Assembly: GCF_006345805.1 (NCBI RefSeq)
Contig: NC_043001.1
Span: 27,342,001 to 27,406,000 of the forward strand
From: Octopus sinensis
Lineage: Eukaryota
Length of the DNA: 64,000 nucleotides
Direction: 5' to 3'
The notes beneath the pieces were generated by a model. The model was not told the DNA's origin, did not search any database, and saw only the letters and a program-made list of their open reading frames with translations. Below, one piece after another: positions 27,579 to 40,819 of the stretch; positions within the stretch are counted from its first letter, which is position 1; every line of letters starts with the position of its first letter. The position numbers and the translations under genes are program-made.

Positions 27579-28734
27579 TTAACACAGCAGGTTATTCTGA
27601 CACTGCACCATAAAACATAAACTGTTTTGATTTTATCAATATTTATTTTGGAGACAAGCAATAAGAAAAAGTAGAGTAAATATAAAATGATTAGTCTTAG
27701 ATTCACTAGTCTTTTATGAATGATCTTAACATCATAGAGAAACTGTATGTAATACATAATGTCACCCTAACCTTATCCTAAGTCTGAACTAATTTCAATC
27801 TGTCAACATACCACCAAATTTCTATTGTAAAACTTTAAGAGAAAAACTTCCTGATATGCTACTTAATCTAACAGCTACTAAAACTCTGAGTGTGTCTGTT
27901 ACATGATCAATGGCTACAACACCAGCCACTTTCTATTCTTTTATCTTTACTAATGAAAACAGCTTTGTTCTTGTGTGATGTGAGTTGAGTGAAGCACAGA
28001 TATGGATTAATATTTACCAGTCATACTGCACATTAAAAATATATTACTGATCCCTACACACTTTCATCACAAGTGTGTACTGAGTACACTTATGTTTTCT
28101 AATAAGACATAATCTCTCTCCTACTCTCTTCCTACTCTCTCTCTCTCACTCTCTCTCCCTCTCTATCTATCTATCTATCTATTTATCTATCACAAGTTAA
28201 TGGGAAAATCCCTGTATGTTTATTTGACCTGTTAAATGTAGCAGTGAAATTCCTTCAAAACTACACCTTAACATCTTTAAAATAAAGAATACATAGGATA
28301 AGATAGACACTTTGATTCGTTGTCTGAGAATAAAATAGGATGGTCATAATTGGAACACTCTGATTATAAATCTGGTTGACCAAAGCTGAGCTGAGCTGGG
28401 ACTATATAAGAACAACAGTGTGTGTGTGTGTCCATGCACGCATGTGCATGTGAGTGTCTGTGTGTGTGTGTGTGTGTGTAAAGATCATTTACAACCTGTA
28501 TTACTGTTGTTTAACCATCAAGAACACATAGATAAGTGTACCCATTAAGCCTCAGTGTTACTTTGGCTTCTGTCAATACATATTTTTTAAAAACCTTATC
28601 AAAGTTTTTACCTCATTATATGTCTTGAATGACTCTCAAACATCCGACTCCCCTTCCCCAAATATCAGTAATGGCAGAAGTAAATGCAGGAGAGATTTTA
28701 GAAGAAACAAAGTACCTTCTTAAGATCTTCTGGG

Positions 28735-31200
28735 CAGTGGTGGATCTACAATATTGGGGCCCTGAAGCTTAAAATGTTACATCCAGCAACAGTAGGGTAA
28801 CATCCAACAATGGTCAAAGAATTTTCGTGCCCTTCAGGCCTTGGTAGCCTAAATGGAGGAGTTGGGATGTGGAGTCCTCAAAAATGAGTCTGAAAGTGAG
28901 CCCTCTATCCACCAGAAACGAGATGTGGGTAATCACTGATATCTTTGTCGATGTGGTTGTTCCATGGCAGATCACTACAGATATTTTACAAGTTATGCCA
29001 TATACTTTTAGAGTTATGGGGGTTAAAAATTAGGGAAGGGGTATATACATGCATGATGCTTCATTAAGATACATATGAAAATTACAAAATATTCTTTTTC
29101 TGTTTTTTGTAGCAACAGTTTTGTCATATGACAGCTTCCTTGCAATGTCATTTTCTAGAGACAATATACTTAAGAAATTTAAGTGCTCTTTAGTCATGGT
29201 AGACTGAAATTTATTCTTAACAAAGGAAAGCTTTGAGGAACTCCTTTCTGCTTCACAGCTTGTGATGGACATTGTCAAGTACAGCTTATGCACAGTGGTA
29301 ATATTAGGGGACGCTTCAATTAATTGCTGCTCATAAATAAGCTGAAGAACTTCTGTGCATTGCATTTTAGATGGTGTGTTTTCTTCTGTGTTCTGGGATT
29401 TCTTAACTGATAACAATCATTTATTAATTTGTGGTCAATATCGTCTTTGTAATGTGATATTATAAGTTTGATACTGTTCTCATCAAATTCTGAATTCTTC
29501 ATCAATTCTGAGAGAAACTTGAACCTTTTCACAATCTGCACATATGGATCCATCCTCTTGCTTAACTGGATTATCAAGCAGTCATAGACTTGATTTAAAG
29601 CTATCTCAAATTTTTCAGCCCCTTTCAAAAAAAGTCCTTTCACTTGTTCCATCTGCAAATTTCTTTGTAACAATGCATTTGGGAACATCAGAATAATTTG
29701 AGGTGATATATTCACATAAACCTTTTGCTACTGATTCATAGTGTGCAAGTCTGTCGGCTAAATTTTCTTGTAGTTCTTTAGCAAATGAAAGCAAAGATGT
29801 TAGCAGAAGGTAACCTTCAAATACATCAGAACCAAGGATTTGGAGTTTCTTACTTGTTTTGTTAAAATGCTCCATTACTTCTTCCTAAAAGACCGTTAAA
29901 ACAGCATATTCCAATTTTACCAACTTTGCATCTCACTTACATTCAGGCTTCTCTTCTGAGTTTTCAAACATGTTTGAGAGTTTGTAAAATATCGCTATAT
30001 CCATTTTGGACTGCTTCATAGTGTGCACACCATCTAGTTACACTTAAGCTCTTTTGAGAAAAGGCTAGATTGCCCTGAGTGTCCAAAATCCCCCATCTTC
30101 GAGGAGATTCAGAAAAGAAAACATACAGATGCTGCAAGATGCCAAAATAGTCAACAACTTCAGGTACAGTAGACACTGCCTTTTGCCAAACAAGGTTGAG
30201 TGAATGGCTTCTACATGGTACACAATCTGCATACCTGTTAATGTTTTTAAGAAGTGCTTGCAGCCCATTCTCTGAGCCCTTCATGTTGGAAGCATTATCA
30301 TATGACTGACCATAGATATTTTCTAGTGAAAGCTTATGCTCCCCTAGAAATTGTGTTATTTTGTTGAACAAGGTCGTGGATGAATGGTTTTCTATTGGAA
30401 AAAATACAAAAACTCTTTTACAGGGCTTTCCATTATAACAATATCGAACCACAATTATCAGCTGGTCAACATTGTCCCGTCAGGTGAGAAGCCAACTATA
30501 ATTGAGTAGTATTTGGTGTCTAGGTTGTTGATCTGATTCACCATTTCATCTTTCACATGTTTTCCCATGATTTCTATCAATTCTTCACACACAGATTTGG
30601 ATAGATAAGTAATGTTTACTTTTTCATTTTTACATTTCTCTAAATGTTCATGTAAAAATGGGCCAAACTCCACAATAAGCTCAATAGCCCCCATGAAATC
30701 TCCATTGTTTGGGGAGCCCCACTTTTCCTTGTGACCTCTAAATGCTAAACCTCTTTCACTTAAAAACCTGCTACAACTCTTTTTAGTACTTCATTCTCAA
30801 CTGTTCCTCAAGTTGCTGATCCACAGTGTTTTTATTTCGTGTTAGCCAGCTCAACATCGTTGTTATGTTCCATGCTGTCTTCATGATTTTCTAGAGTTCT
30901 GAGTATATTCATCCAATCAGTAAACTCACCTGTTGTAAGTGATATTTAGCATTTAGAAAAGAGTTTGCTCTTTGAGTAAACTAACCAGGATCTCATCACA
31001 TCACAGTCTGATAATTTTTCAATCTGTTTTTCAAAGTACTTATTTTTAAAAACTTCCATTTTGCTGTTTTAAAATCTTGTTGGATTCAGTATATACATTA
31101 TCTGGTTTTATATTTTGAAAAAAAACTGATGTCTTGCATTAAACAGTTTTGTATGAAATCATTATCAATTGTTATATACCCCTAGGTCTTCTGCTAATTA
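28735..31200 (-). mobile_element. Decayed hAT DNA transposon (ZMYM1/DUF4371-type transposase pseudogene)
   Basis: Frameshifted fragments: RSWLVYSK (TTF-type Zn finger), ERGLAFRGH, GQSYDNASNMKG, PCRSHSLNL, TRW, and the hAT dimerisation motif TSCEAERSSSKL...KNKFQSTM. TIR-like CAGTGGTGGATCTA at 28735. Confidence 0.85.
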
Positions 31201-31744
31201 CCTCAGCTTCAAATATCCATCTTGTGATTCTTTCCTTTGGTATTCTAATCGCATGTCCATGGTACCAAAGGTGTGACCTCTCAATGTAGAGATGTAGCAG
31301 TTCAACCTAGAAAAACCCCTTGATCTGTGATCTACTCACCTTGTTGAGTAACGTTACTTAGAGATCCTTTGAAGGAACCCCATTTTATAATTAGGGGCCA
31401 TATCCAACCAGTATTTACTCTTTGCTTTTCTGATCAATTTATATATTGGTTATTTGGGAAAAATTTATATATGCCCACTAGCAAATTGTACTTTAATGAT
31501 ATATACTTTGTCTTGTTTCTTTTGTAGTTACTGATTAACATTAATGCATAGCTGAACTTTTTATAATTCTAAAAAGATTATTTTTCTCTCTTCATTGTTT
31601 ATATTCATCCTTCCATTGTTTGATTCAAAATCTTCATTTTCAAAATTGCCATCAAGAAAGATTACAGTTTATTTTGATAAACATTAATTATTTACTGATA
31701 AGTTTTATTAGTCTTCAAATATTTATGCTAAGCATTCTTCTTAA

Positions 31745-31964
31745 CCCTTTCATTACCAATCCGGCTGAAACTGGCTCTGGCTCTGAGTACAAATGTCTTG
31801 TTTTCTTAAGTTTTGAATTAAAATCTTCCACCAAACCTTAGTCACAATTTAGGTTCCTAACACTAGCTTAATGATAACTAAGTTATTTTACTAAATTCTT
31901 TGTTTTATTTAAAATAATTAAAAGAAATACAGAGCATCTCAAAATAAATACAGTAACGAAAGGG
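31745..31964. mobile_element. piggyBac-type MITE (220 bp), same family as 27359-27578
   Basis: TTAA|CCCTTTCATTAC ... GTAACGAAAGGG|TTAA. Confidence 0.85.
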
Positions 31965-33408
31965 TTAAATATAAACTCTATAGTCTTCCTCCAGCCAATC
32001 ACCTTATTTTGTTTGACTTGGAATATCTGGCTCCAAATTATAAGTAGCTTCTAGCAAAACGTATGTATGTCTAATCCATACCAGTAAGGATATATGAATA
32101 CAAAACTATGATTAGTCTTTTATTTTGCTATACTATAAAAGATCCAACTCAATATTTTCACAGGGCAAATTCACTGTTATATGGATTATATATTTTCACC
32201 ATACTTTTTTAGATAAATTATTTGATCTAAGAATATATAGAAATATTATATATCTCCACAACTACTTTTTTGAGGTTTCTTATCTAATTACTTTTATAAT
32301 GTTGGGGAAGAGTTTATGCAACAAATACTTGAAACAGATTTCATTGTTCATCATCTACAATTTTACAATTAATTTTGGCATGGATGTTACTGTTTCACTT
32401 TTTGCATGATTGCAATACAGATTATTTTCATGTGTGTGCAGTGTGCCACAGTATGCAAATGTGTGCATGTGTGTGTATACCAACACAATAAACATAACTT
32501 TAGGATTTTGTTTAGTTGTTCACCTAATGTAAAAAATGTATTAGTTAGCATCTTACCCCATGCAGAAGTAGGATGCTCATATAGGATTGCAGGGAATGCC
32601 CTATGAATGATCAATGCAACACTGAGGCTGTGGTCTATGAAGCAGAGGTGGTATCCAACAGTAGCAGCAGCAACAACAGGACACACAGAGAAATATGTTA
32701 GCATAAAGGAGGGTCCTTTGAAGGTCAGGCTAAATAGCCACAGGTCCTCTTTTAGGATCCCAAAGAAGCAAAACATTACGTTAGCTATATATGGCAATTA
32801 AAAGAGGAGGAATGCCATATAAAAATAGCTGGAAGCTGTTGGAGCAATCTAAGCCATACCTCAAGGGAAATACAATGAAAACTTTGTTAGGTACCTTCTT
32901 GAATTCAAAATGTTGAAGTTTTAGCTGCTGCCCTTATGACAGAAAATTCGTTGTAGTTTTCCCCATTTGCAGACTAAAGAATCTAAAATATGTATGAAAG
33001 CACAGTTGACCAACTTTGGTTATAGTTGGAATCTAACAAAGGGAGGCAACTCTACTTTTCCTCTCAGAAAGGGATTTTTTTTTACACTACCAAACTGACC
33101 AAGATTGTGTATTTACCTCCATCAGTAAAAAGTATGTCTGATGAGTCATCTATATTGCCCTTTGCAGCTGTAGACAGGAAACCAATGGTAACTTTCTGAT
33201 CGGTTACATGCCATGACCAAGGATATATATATACTACTTGAATACATAAAAGTATAACTGCTCAAAAATTCTTATAGACTGAGCTTTTATTCTGACTTAT
33301 AGATAACTGACCAATATACACACACATAGAGATAAATAGATGTTTATATATACATATATATATACATACATATGCATATATATATATATATATATATATA
33401 CATACATA

Positions 33409-33451
<43 letters not shown>

Positions 33452-33990
33452 AGCAATAAAGATTCAAGTTAATTTAAAAAAATTTACTTGAATATGGTAC
33501 CTAACTTAGATGCACCAAAAAAAACTATACTGATTTAACAATACAGTAATGTGGGGTGATTATAAGTGATTATAATCCATTCTTGTTGCTTCTTTCTCGC
33601 TTATATATATATATATATATATATTATATTAAATATGCTAATATATATATATACACTTGTTCCTTTTTGAGCCTGAATGATTGCAGGGTAAATACATGAC
33701 ATGCTATACAAGCTTATCTGATTACTCTGCTATTGGAGCATGAGACTCAGAGAAGCTCATTTTAAAATCCTATGTTTACTAAATTATATATATATATATA
33801 TATGGAGATTTAATAAAGCAGTAATTTCTTTGAAAAATCCAATTGCGATAAAAAAAAAAAACTGAGAGAAGGAAGTATGGAAATGCTTAAAATATTTCTG
33901 GCCATTTAGAAAACAAAATATTATAAGAAACAATAGCAATATTGACAGTTTGATAGTTTCTTGGAATTTCTTTCATTCTTCTTCCTTTAG

Positions 33991-34180
33991 ATAACTTAAA
34001 ATGTGGCCGGAGACCTATCAAACAAAGATCACAACGTATTACTGGTGGTGTGAGGGCTATAGAAGGAGCTTATCCCTGGCAAGCAAGGATCTTTAGAAGT
34101 TGGTTTTGGGGTAGGCTCCATCACTGTGGGGCCAGTGTAATTGGTGAATTTTGGGTCATTACAGCAGCACATTGTGTAAT
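33991..34180 (+). CDS. Trypsin domain first exon, version B (activation peptide through catalytic His57)
   Basis: DNLKCGRRPIKQRSQR/ITGGVRAIEGAYPWQARIFRSWFWGRLHHCGASVIGEFWVITAAHCV. Strong pyrimidine tract and AG at 33989-33990, GTAAGT at 34181; phase 1-2. Not in the ORF track. Confidence 0.92.
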
Positions 34181-36637
34181 GTAAGTTGTAGAGAGAAGGT
34201 TTCTATTAATTCTATTTTTAAAATATAATTCATGATATGGTTTTTTTGCATATGTTTTGCTAATCAAGAGACTGAATTTAACTTACTACATCATCTAATT
34301 AACACAATTGCATGAATGATGATATAATTGACATTCTATTGTTCTTTTGTTAAATGAGCAATAACAAATAGTATTTAACATCATTGTTATAAATCATGAA
34401 GTGTTATTTTTTTCATCTCTGAAAAAAATTTACTGAAAGATTATTTAAAAAGAAAAAAATCGTTTGTAAAATTTTTTGAAATTTCCGCAAGAAAAATATT
34501 ACACCATTTTCATTCTTGCTTGAAATGATCAAACTGCATTTGTATTTTTTGTGAGTCTTAACACTAGTGACATGTGGATATTTTTTTTATTGCATTATTT
34601 TTAAAGAAAATTTGTTTTCCATTAAGAAAATCATGAATTTATATACATAAATAAAAGAGTGTTTATATTAGTTATAATATTTAAATGTACATTTTATTGG
34701 CACCAACAACAGTTAAAACAAATTTGAAAAGCCATCTCTAATCTATGTGGTCAGTTAATTTGCCAGAAATAACCACCAAATTCCTTCAAATCACACCCTT
34801 CTATCATAAAAGAAAATGTACACATTGGGTATTGTAATCATTAATATATATGAAATTTACATTGAATTTTGACTTTCAGAATAAAAAGTCCACAAAGGCT
34901 AAATCTAGAAAGTGGGATATCTGGAAGTCATGTGACATTTTGCATTTTATCAAAGTCACAGGTAAGGAGTGACTTCTAAGATGGTGCAGTGTAATGCATC
35001 ATCCAGATTTTATTTGCCCATGCCTGAGGCCTCTCTCTTCACACTGCCTTTCATAAATGCCTCAGGGTATCCAAGTAAAACTCTTTATTGATCATTTGGA
35101 ATAAATTCATGATGAACATCACCCTTCCAATAAAAACAGGTGATCACTATCAAATTCCATTTGAGCAAATCTGAGGTGATTTTGCTTTTTGTTATTGCAA
35201 TCGTAGCTGTTCACCCACATTTCATTATCATTTATGATACTAGTAAAAGTTTTCATCAGTATTTGAATGATCAAAAGTCCTATGATCTGTCAGTTTCACT
35301 GGTAGTGCTGGGCATTTTTTAGTCCACTGATGATATTTCTGTGCTTTTTACCACTAAAAGTGTATACAAGATGCTTTCTCAAGATGACTACCACAGTATT
35401 ATGGCATTCTTACAATACATCCACATTAAGTATCATATGCAAGATTGATATATATAAATTTATGTATATATTTGTTTACTTGTTTCAGTCACTGGACTGC
35501 AACCATGCTGGGCTACCCCTTTGAAGGCTTTAACTGATAAAGTTAGCAAGTGCACATTAAGTTTTTAATATTTTCCAATCTCTGTCATAGCACTTCACCA
35601 ATTCTTGTTGCTTTGCACATTTCTTCTCATAACTTCCTCAATATGCTTTCTCCGGGACACTTTAAACTCCAACATTATCAGTGGTTCTGTCACTTTAAGG
35701 ATGATGATCATGTCTAACCAGAGCAGTGACATGACATACAGTTGCCAGTCAGAGGTTCAACAAATCTAATTAATTTCTTTGGTTTCTCAGAGTGACCACT
35801 TTCAGCCTTTCTTTGGTCATAGAATTAGTGATAGCTTTTGGGCAGATACTGAGGAGATGGGATAAAATCTTCTTTCAGAGTAAAACAAGTATAAAAGTGT
35901 CATACTCTTGCATCAGATGTGAAGGTTAGTTGATGCCAGTTGACACATTTTGGTCCCTGGAGTTTCTGTATTATAGGATTTCACTTATTCAAGAGACCTT
36001 AAATTCTTCAGTGATCTCACTAAATGGGAACCGCAAGATGTTATTGGTCTCATACACTGCTGCATTGCAGGTTTGGATCAAGTAATATATTCAAGTTAGA
36101 GACAGAAATATTTTTACATAAAACAAATATTATAGTTACAGGCATAGCTGTAAGGTTAAGAAGCTCACTTTGCAACCACATGGTTATGGGTTCAGTTCCT
36201 TGGGTACCCTCAGCATATGTCTTCTCCTATAGCTCTAGGCCAGTTAATGCTTTGTGAGTGAATTTGGTTGACAGAGACTATGTGGAAGTCAATTGTATGT
36301 GTGTGGGGATGGTCTGTTTTTGTCCTTACTATTATCACTTGATAAAACTGGTGTTGGTTTATTTACATCCTCATAACTTAACAGTTCAGCAAAAGAGTCT
36401 GCTAGAATAAGTGCCAGACTTAAAACCCTTCAAGGTGCTGCTCCAGCATGGTCACAGTCCAGGGACAGAAACAATTAAAAAGATAGAAGGTAAAATATTA
36501 TAACAACCATTCTACATTCTGAACAATTAAAATAAAATGGATATTTATTAAAAACTCTAAAGAACAACACAGTAATGAATTGGATTATTTGCTTCTTTTG
36601 GTTTAATAATTGCTCCAAGTTGAAATTTGTTTAACAG

Positions 36638-36753
36638 GGGCAAAAAGAAAGAAAGCCTAATCGCCAAAGTAGGAGATCATAGCAATAAGGTCTGGGATAA
36701 ATATGAACAAACTTTCAAAGTTGCTGAACTAGTAACTCATCCTAAATATGATG
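36638..36753 (+). CDS. Trypsin domain exon 2
   Basis: GKKKESLIAKVGDHSNKVWDKYEQTFKVAELVTHPKYD, a typical VGDH...EQ...HPxY segment. AG at 36636-36637, GTAAGT at 36754; phase 2-1. Confidence 0.93.
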
Positions 36754-37958
36754 GTAAGTAGTTTTCTGCAGTTGCATGTTCATTCATTTGTTGATTAATT
36801 ACACTCAGCTAGGTTCAAAATAATTTGACTTGTTTTGGCTGTCAAATATTTAGTTGATTATTGTTAATTACACAGAAATGATTATAAAAATCAGGAATGG
36901 GCAACCATTTTTGAATAGTGGGCCTCAAGAAACAAGGCAGGCCTCACTCCTAGAAAATTCAAAGTAATTTTTCTTTAGGCATGCCATTCAGAAAGTCCCA
37001 TGGGCCACAGATATAAATCATAATCATAAATAATGCTAAAAGTATTTCTGTGTGAAGTCTCAGCAGTTTGTATTCTCTCATATTTTTCTGTGCTTCTGTG
37101 CTATGTCCATTTAACTTTCAGCACTTCACTCAACTTACCTGTAAGTAGCAGATGAGCACAGTGTAATCAATAATTGCCTCACAAACTTCTACTAATGAGC
37201 TGAACTTTCAGCTGATCGTTGTTGTTGTTGTTCAACCAGCCTCGCTTGAAAAGATCTGTGATCAAAGGACATTCCAGCAATGATAACATCCTCATTTTAT
37301 CCATCTAGGACTACACTGCCATCTGTGTGTTTCTTTTTGTTTTTTATTTATTTATTTGAAAGACAAAATGGTGTCATTGAATAGACTTGACTGCTATTTC
37401 TAACAGGTAAAGGAAAAACAATTGCAAACTTCTGTTCTCTTGCTGGCTCACTGACCAAACCTGTGAGTTGTACAACTTAGTCATTGAATCACCCTCTTTT
37501 ATACCTATTCTTTCATCTTGTGGTTTAATGCATTTAATTCTTAACAATGAAACAATCTTTAAGAATTTTTTTTCCTTTTCCTTTTGGCTTTGAAGAAATG
37601 GAGAATAAAATATCCTGCTATTATTCACAGCATTTTTACCATTTGTAATTATCTTAGTCTTTACGTTAGATTGTAAAATTGCAGTGCAGCTGTGCAATAA
37701 ATAGTGCTGTAGTTACATAACAAATATTTTGAAATAAATTATTTGTAAAAATTTGTGTGTTATTAAATGCCTAAAATGTCTCTCCCTCAATGTAATTGCT
37801 TCAGTTTCAACACAGTTTCAAACCAAGTCTCTTGCTAGACAAGTATAATTTCAATATGTGAAAATTCTGTAAAATTTTTGTCAACGTAAAATTGTAAAAT
37901 TATTTGTTTGAAATAGCAGATTTCCATATTAATATAATACCACATCCTACTGTTTCAG

Positions 37959-38126
37959 ATAACTCATATGATTATGATATCGCTCTAATTAAATTAGAGC
38001 CAAATAGGAATGGAAATGGAATTGTTTTCAATGATTATGTACAACCAGCCTGTTTGCCAGACAAGAACACAACATATTTTGAAGGTGAAAGATGTCATAT
38101 TTCTGGATGGGGAAACACAGGAAAAG
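37959..38126 (+). CDS. Trypsin domain exon 3 (catalytic Asp102)
   Basis: DNSYDYDIALIKLEPNRNGNGIVFNDYVQPACLPDKNTTYFEGERCHISGWGNTGK, with DIALIKL, PACLP and SGWG motifs; phase 1-1. Confidence 0.95.
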
Positions 38127-39432
38127 GTAGTGTTATTATCATTATAATATATTTTAACATTACAGACTTATTATTTCAGGTTCTTGGTTGACATTGAATA
38201 GCCTAAAACCAAACAGCAGCAGGTTTCATAGGCCACAGACAAACTTCTTGAACAGCAGCAGATGATTTCATGCAGCTGTTTGAATGCTGCCAATTTGGCA
38301 AGACTGACTGGACATTCAGCCTGTTTTGGCACACACAGAAATATAAAAATGCAAATAGGAAGAGTGAAGAAGAGAGAGGGAGAAAGAGACAGGAATAGAG
38401 AGACAAGGGGGGGGGGGGTGAAAAAACAGAAAAGATTAATGGCTTCTTAATAATGGGCTTTGAAAAACCTTTACTGATCAGTTTATTATCGATGTCACCA
38501 GTTTGTTTATTGCTGGCATCATCAATTTACTAGATGTATTTAGTTGTTGTTTATTGAAAATTTCATAATTGCAAATAAAATGTTACAGAAGGGAGTGCTA
38601 GGCTAAATGATTTTTGGTTCTTAGTTTACTATGTTCTGAGCTCAAATCCCATCAGTATCAACTTTGCTTTTCACTCTTCTGGCATCAGTAAAATAAATAT
38701 TTGTCATGCGCAGAGGCTGAATCAATCAGCTATACCGATTACTTTGTAAATATCATCCTTCTGCATATATTAAATCATTTATAAAGACCCGGCAAGCCAA
38801 ATGAGACCATAACCCGTGGCCTATGCCAAGAGTGTAACCAGCCCACTTATGCATACCCTTTCCTTCTTTGGTCACTAAACTCTGCTTGCAAAGACCTGTT
38901 GAGGCAAGTGAAATCAAAATCAAAATCAATTCGATGACTAGCATCCGTGCTAGCGGGGTGCAAAGAGCACCATACTAGTGTGATCATTGACAGAGCAGCT
39001 ATTCGAGTGTGATCGTTACCAGTGTCGCCTTACTGGCACTTATGCCTGTGCTAGTAGGGTGTCAAGAGCACCATCCGAGCGTGATTGTTGCCAGAGCAGC
39101 CAACTGGCTTCTGTACCCTTGGCACGTAAAAGGGCACCATTCAAGCATGATCGTTACCAACGTCGCTCCACTGGCACCTGTGCCGGTGGCACATGTAAAA
39201 AGATTTGTGTGTGCCCATTGCCAGTACCGCCTGACTGGCCCACGTGCAGGTGGCACGTAAAAGCAACCACTACACTCTCAGAGTGGTTGGCGTTAGGAAG
39301 GGCATCCAGCTATAGAAACTCTGCCAGATCAAGATTGGAGCCTGGTGCAGCCATCTGGTTTGCCAGCCCTCAGTCAAAATCGTCCAACCCATGCTAGCAT
39401 GGAAAGTGGACGTTAAACGATGATGATGATGA

Positions 39433-39741
<309 letters not shown>

Positions 39742-40783
39742 TAGATAAAGTAATGTGAGTTTTGATCACTGGTTATAAATTGGCATCTTCCAACATGTAT
39801 GGTGTTTCGTTTCAAGCTATTTTATGTCACTTGTAACACTGCTCAATGTCTTCTTTTCGAGCAAACTGCCTACCAAGTCCCCAAAAAGTAATTCTTGCAT
39901 TCATGCTGTGGAGTCAAAACTCCACTGTTTATCCATTTCCATGGAAAGAGATCTTCTTTAAGCACATAGTGAGAAATATGTGTGAAGACAAAATGATACA
40001 ATGGACATGGTACACGATTATCTACTTTATTTTCCTGTCATTGTAACCACAGAAACAGGTATTTTGACTTGATTAGCATTTCACCTCACAGACATATCAG
40101 GGAATACGCAGGAAAGTATCTGGCTGTTCCAGTACCTCAGCCTCATAATCACCTGCGGTAATGCTGTGTTTGGGGTTTCAAAACCTTTTGTGGAGAAACG
40201 CCAGTTGCCCTTGGTATGATGCATAACTGAGGAAGTGTACAATCAATTTTTTTTTTTACTGATTTTTTTTTCCTTTCTCCATTTTTTAAAATTGTTCTAA
40301 TTGACTGAATATGTTAAATATAATGATGTAACTAGATTGAAAGTAGTATAACTTAAATCTAAAAAAGAAAACTTACACAAGAATAAGTACAGTATACAGG
40401 GAGTAATATGCGTGCGCTTTACACTTACTCGTTCGGTCAAACCTTCTTGCTTAAGTTAGGAAGGATCACAGTTACCTCCCCTGTGAAAAAAAAAATTAAT
40501 TTCTCCATCATTGCAAGTATATTTATTTATTTATATTATATACCTGAAAAAGTTGAATGGTGAAGTCGCTGTAATCGATTGTCCCTCACCCCTAGAAGTG
40601 CTGGCTTTGTACCAAATTTTGGAACAGTTGCTATATACCTGAAACTGCCAAAGTTATGCTTCTTTGAATTGAAAGGAAGAGATGCTACTTTTAAGGAGAG
40701 TTTACGAAAAAAACAAAAGACAAAGACAGGTGGTGTACAAAACAAATAGATGTATTAGTATAACGCCCAGGAGTAGAAAAAGT

Positions 40784-40819
40784 CTTTTACGTTTCGAGCT
40801 TACGCTCTTCTACAGAAAG
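40784..40819 (-). ncRNA. Candidate minimal hammerhead-ribozyme-like motif in a probable Penelope pLTR fragment
   Basis: The minus strand reads CUUU CUGUAGA A GAGC GUAA GCUC GAAAC GUA AAAG: stem I CUUU/AAAG, a perfect stem II and a palindromic ACGU stem III. The core is CUGUAGA rather than CUGANGA. Confidence 0.5.

Noticed and set aside
25475-33990. A second complete protease domain between exons A and B
   Set aside because: No DIAL, GWG or GDSGGP exons were found. The interval is microsatellite, MITE and hAT sequence.
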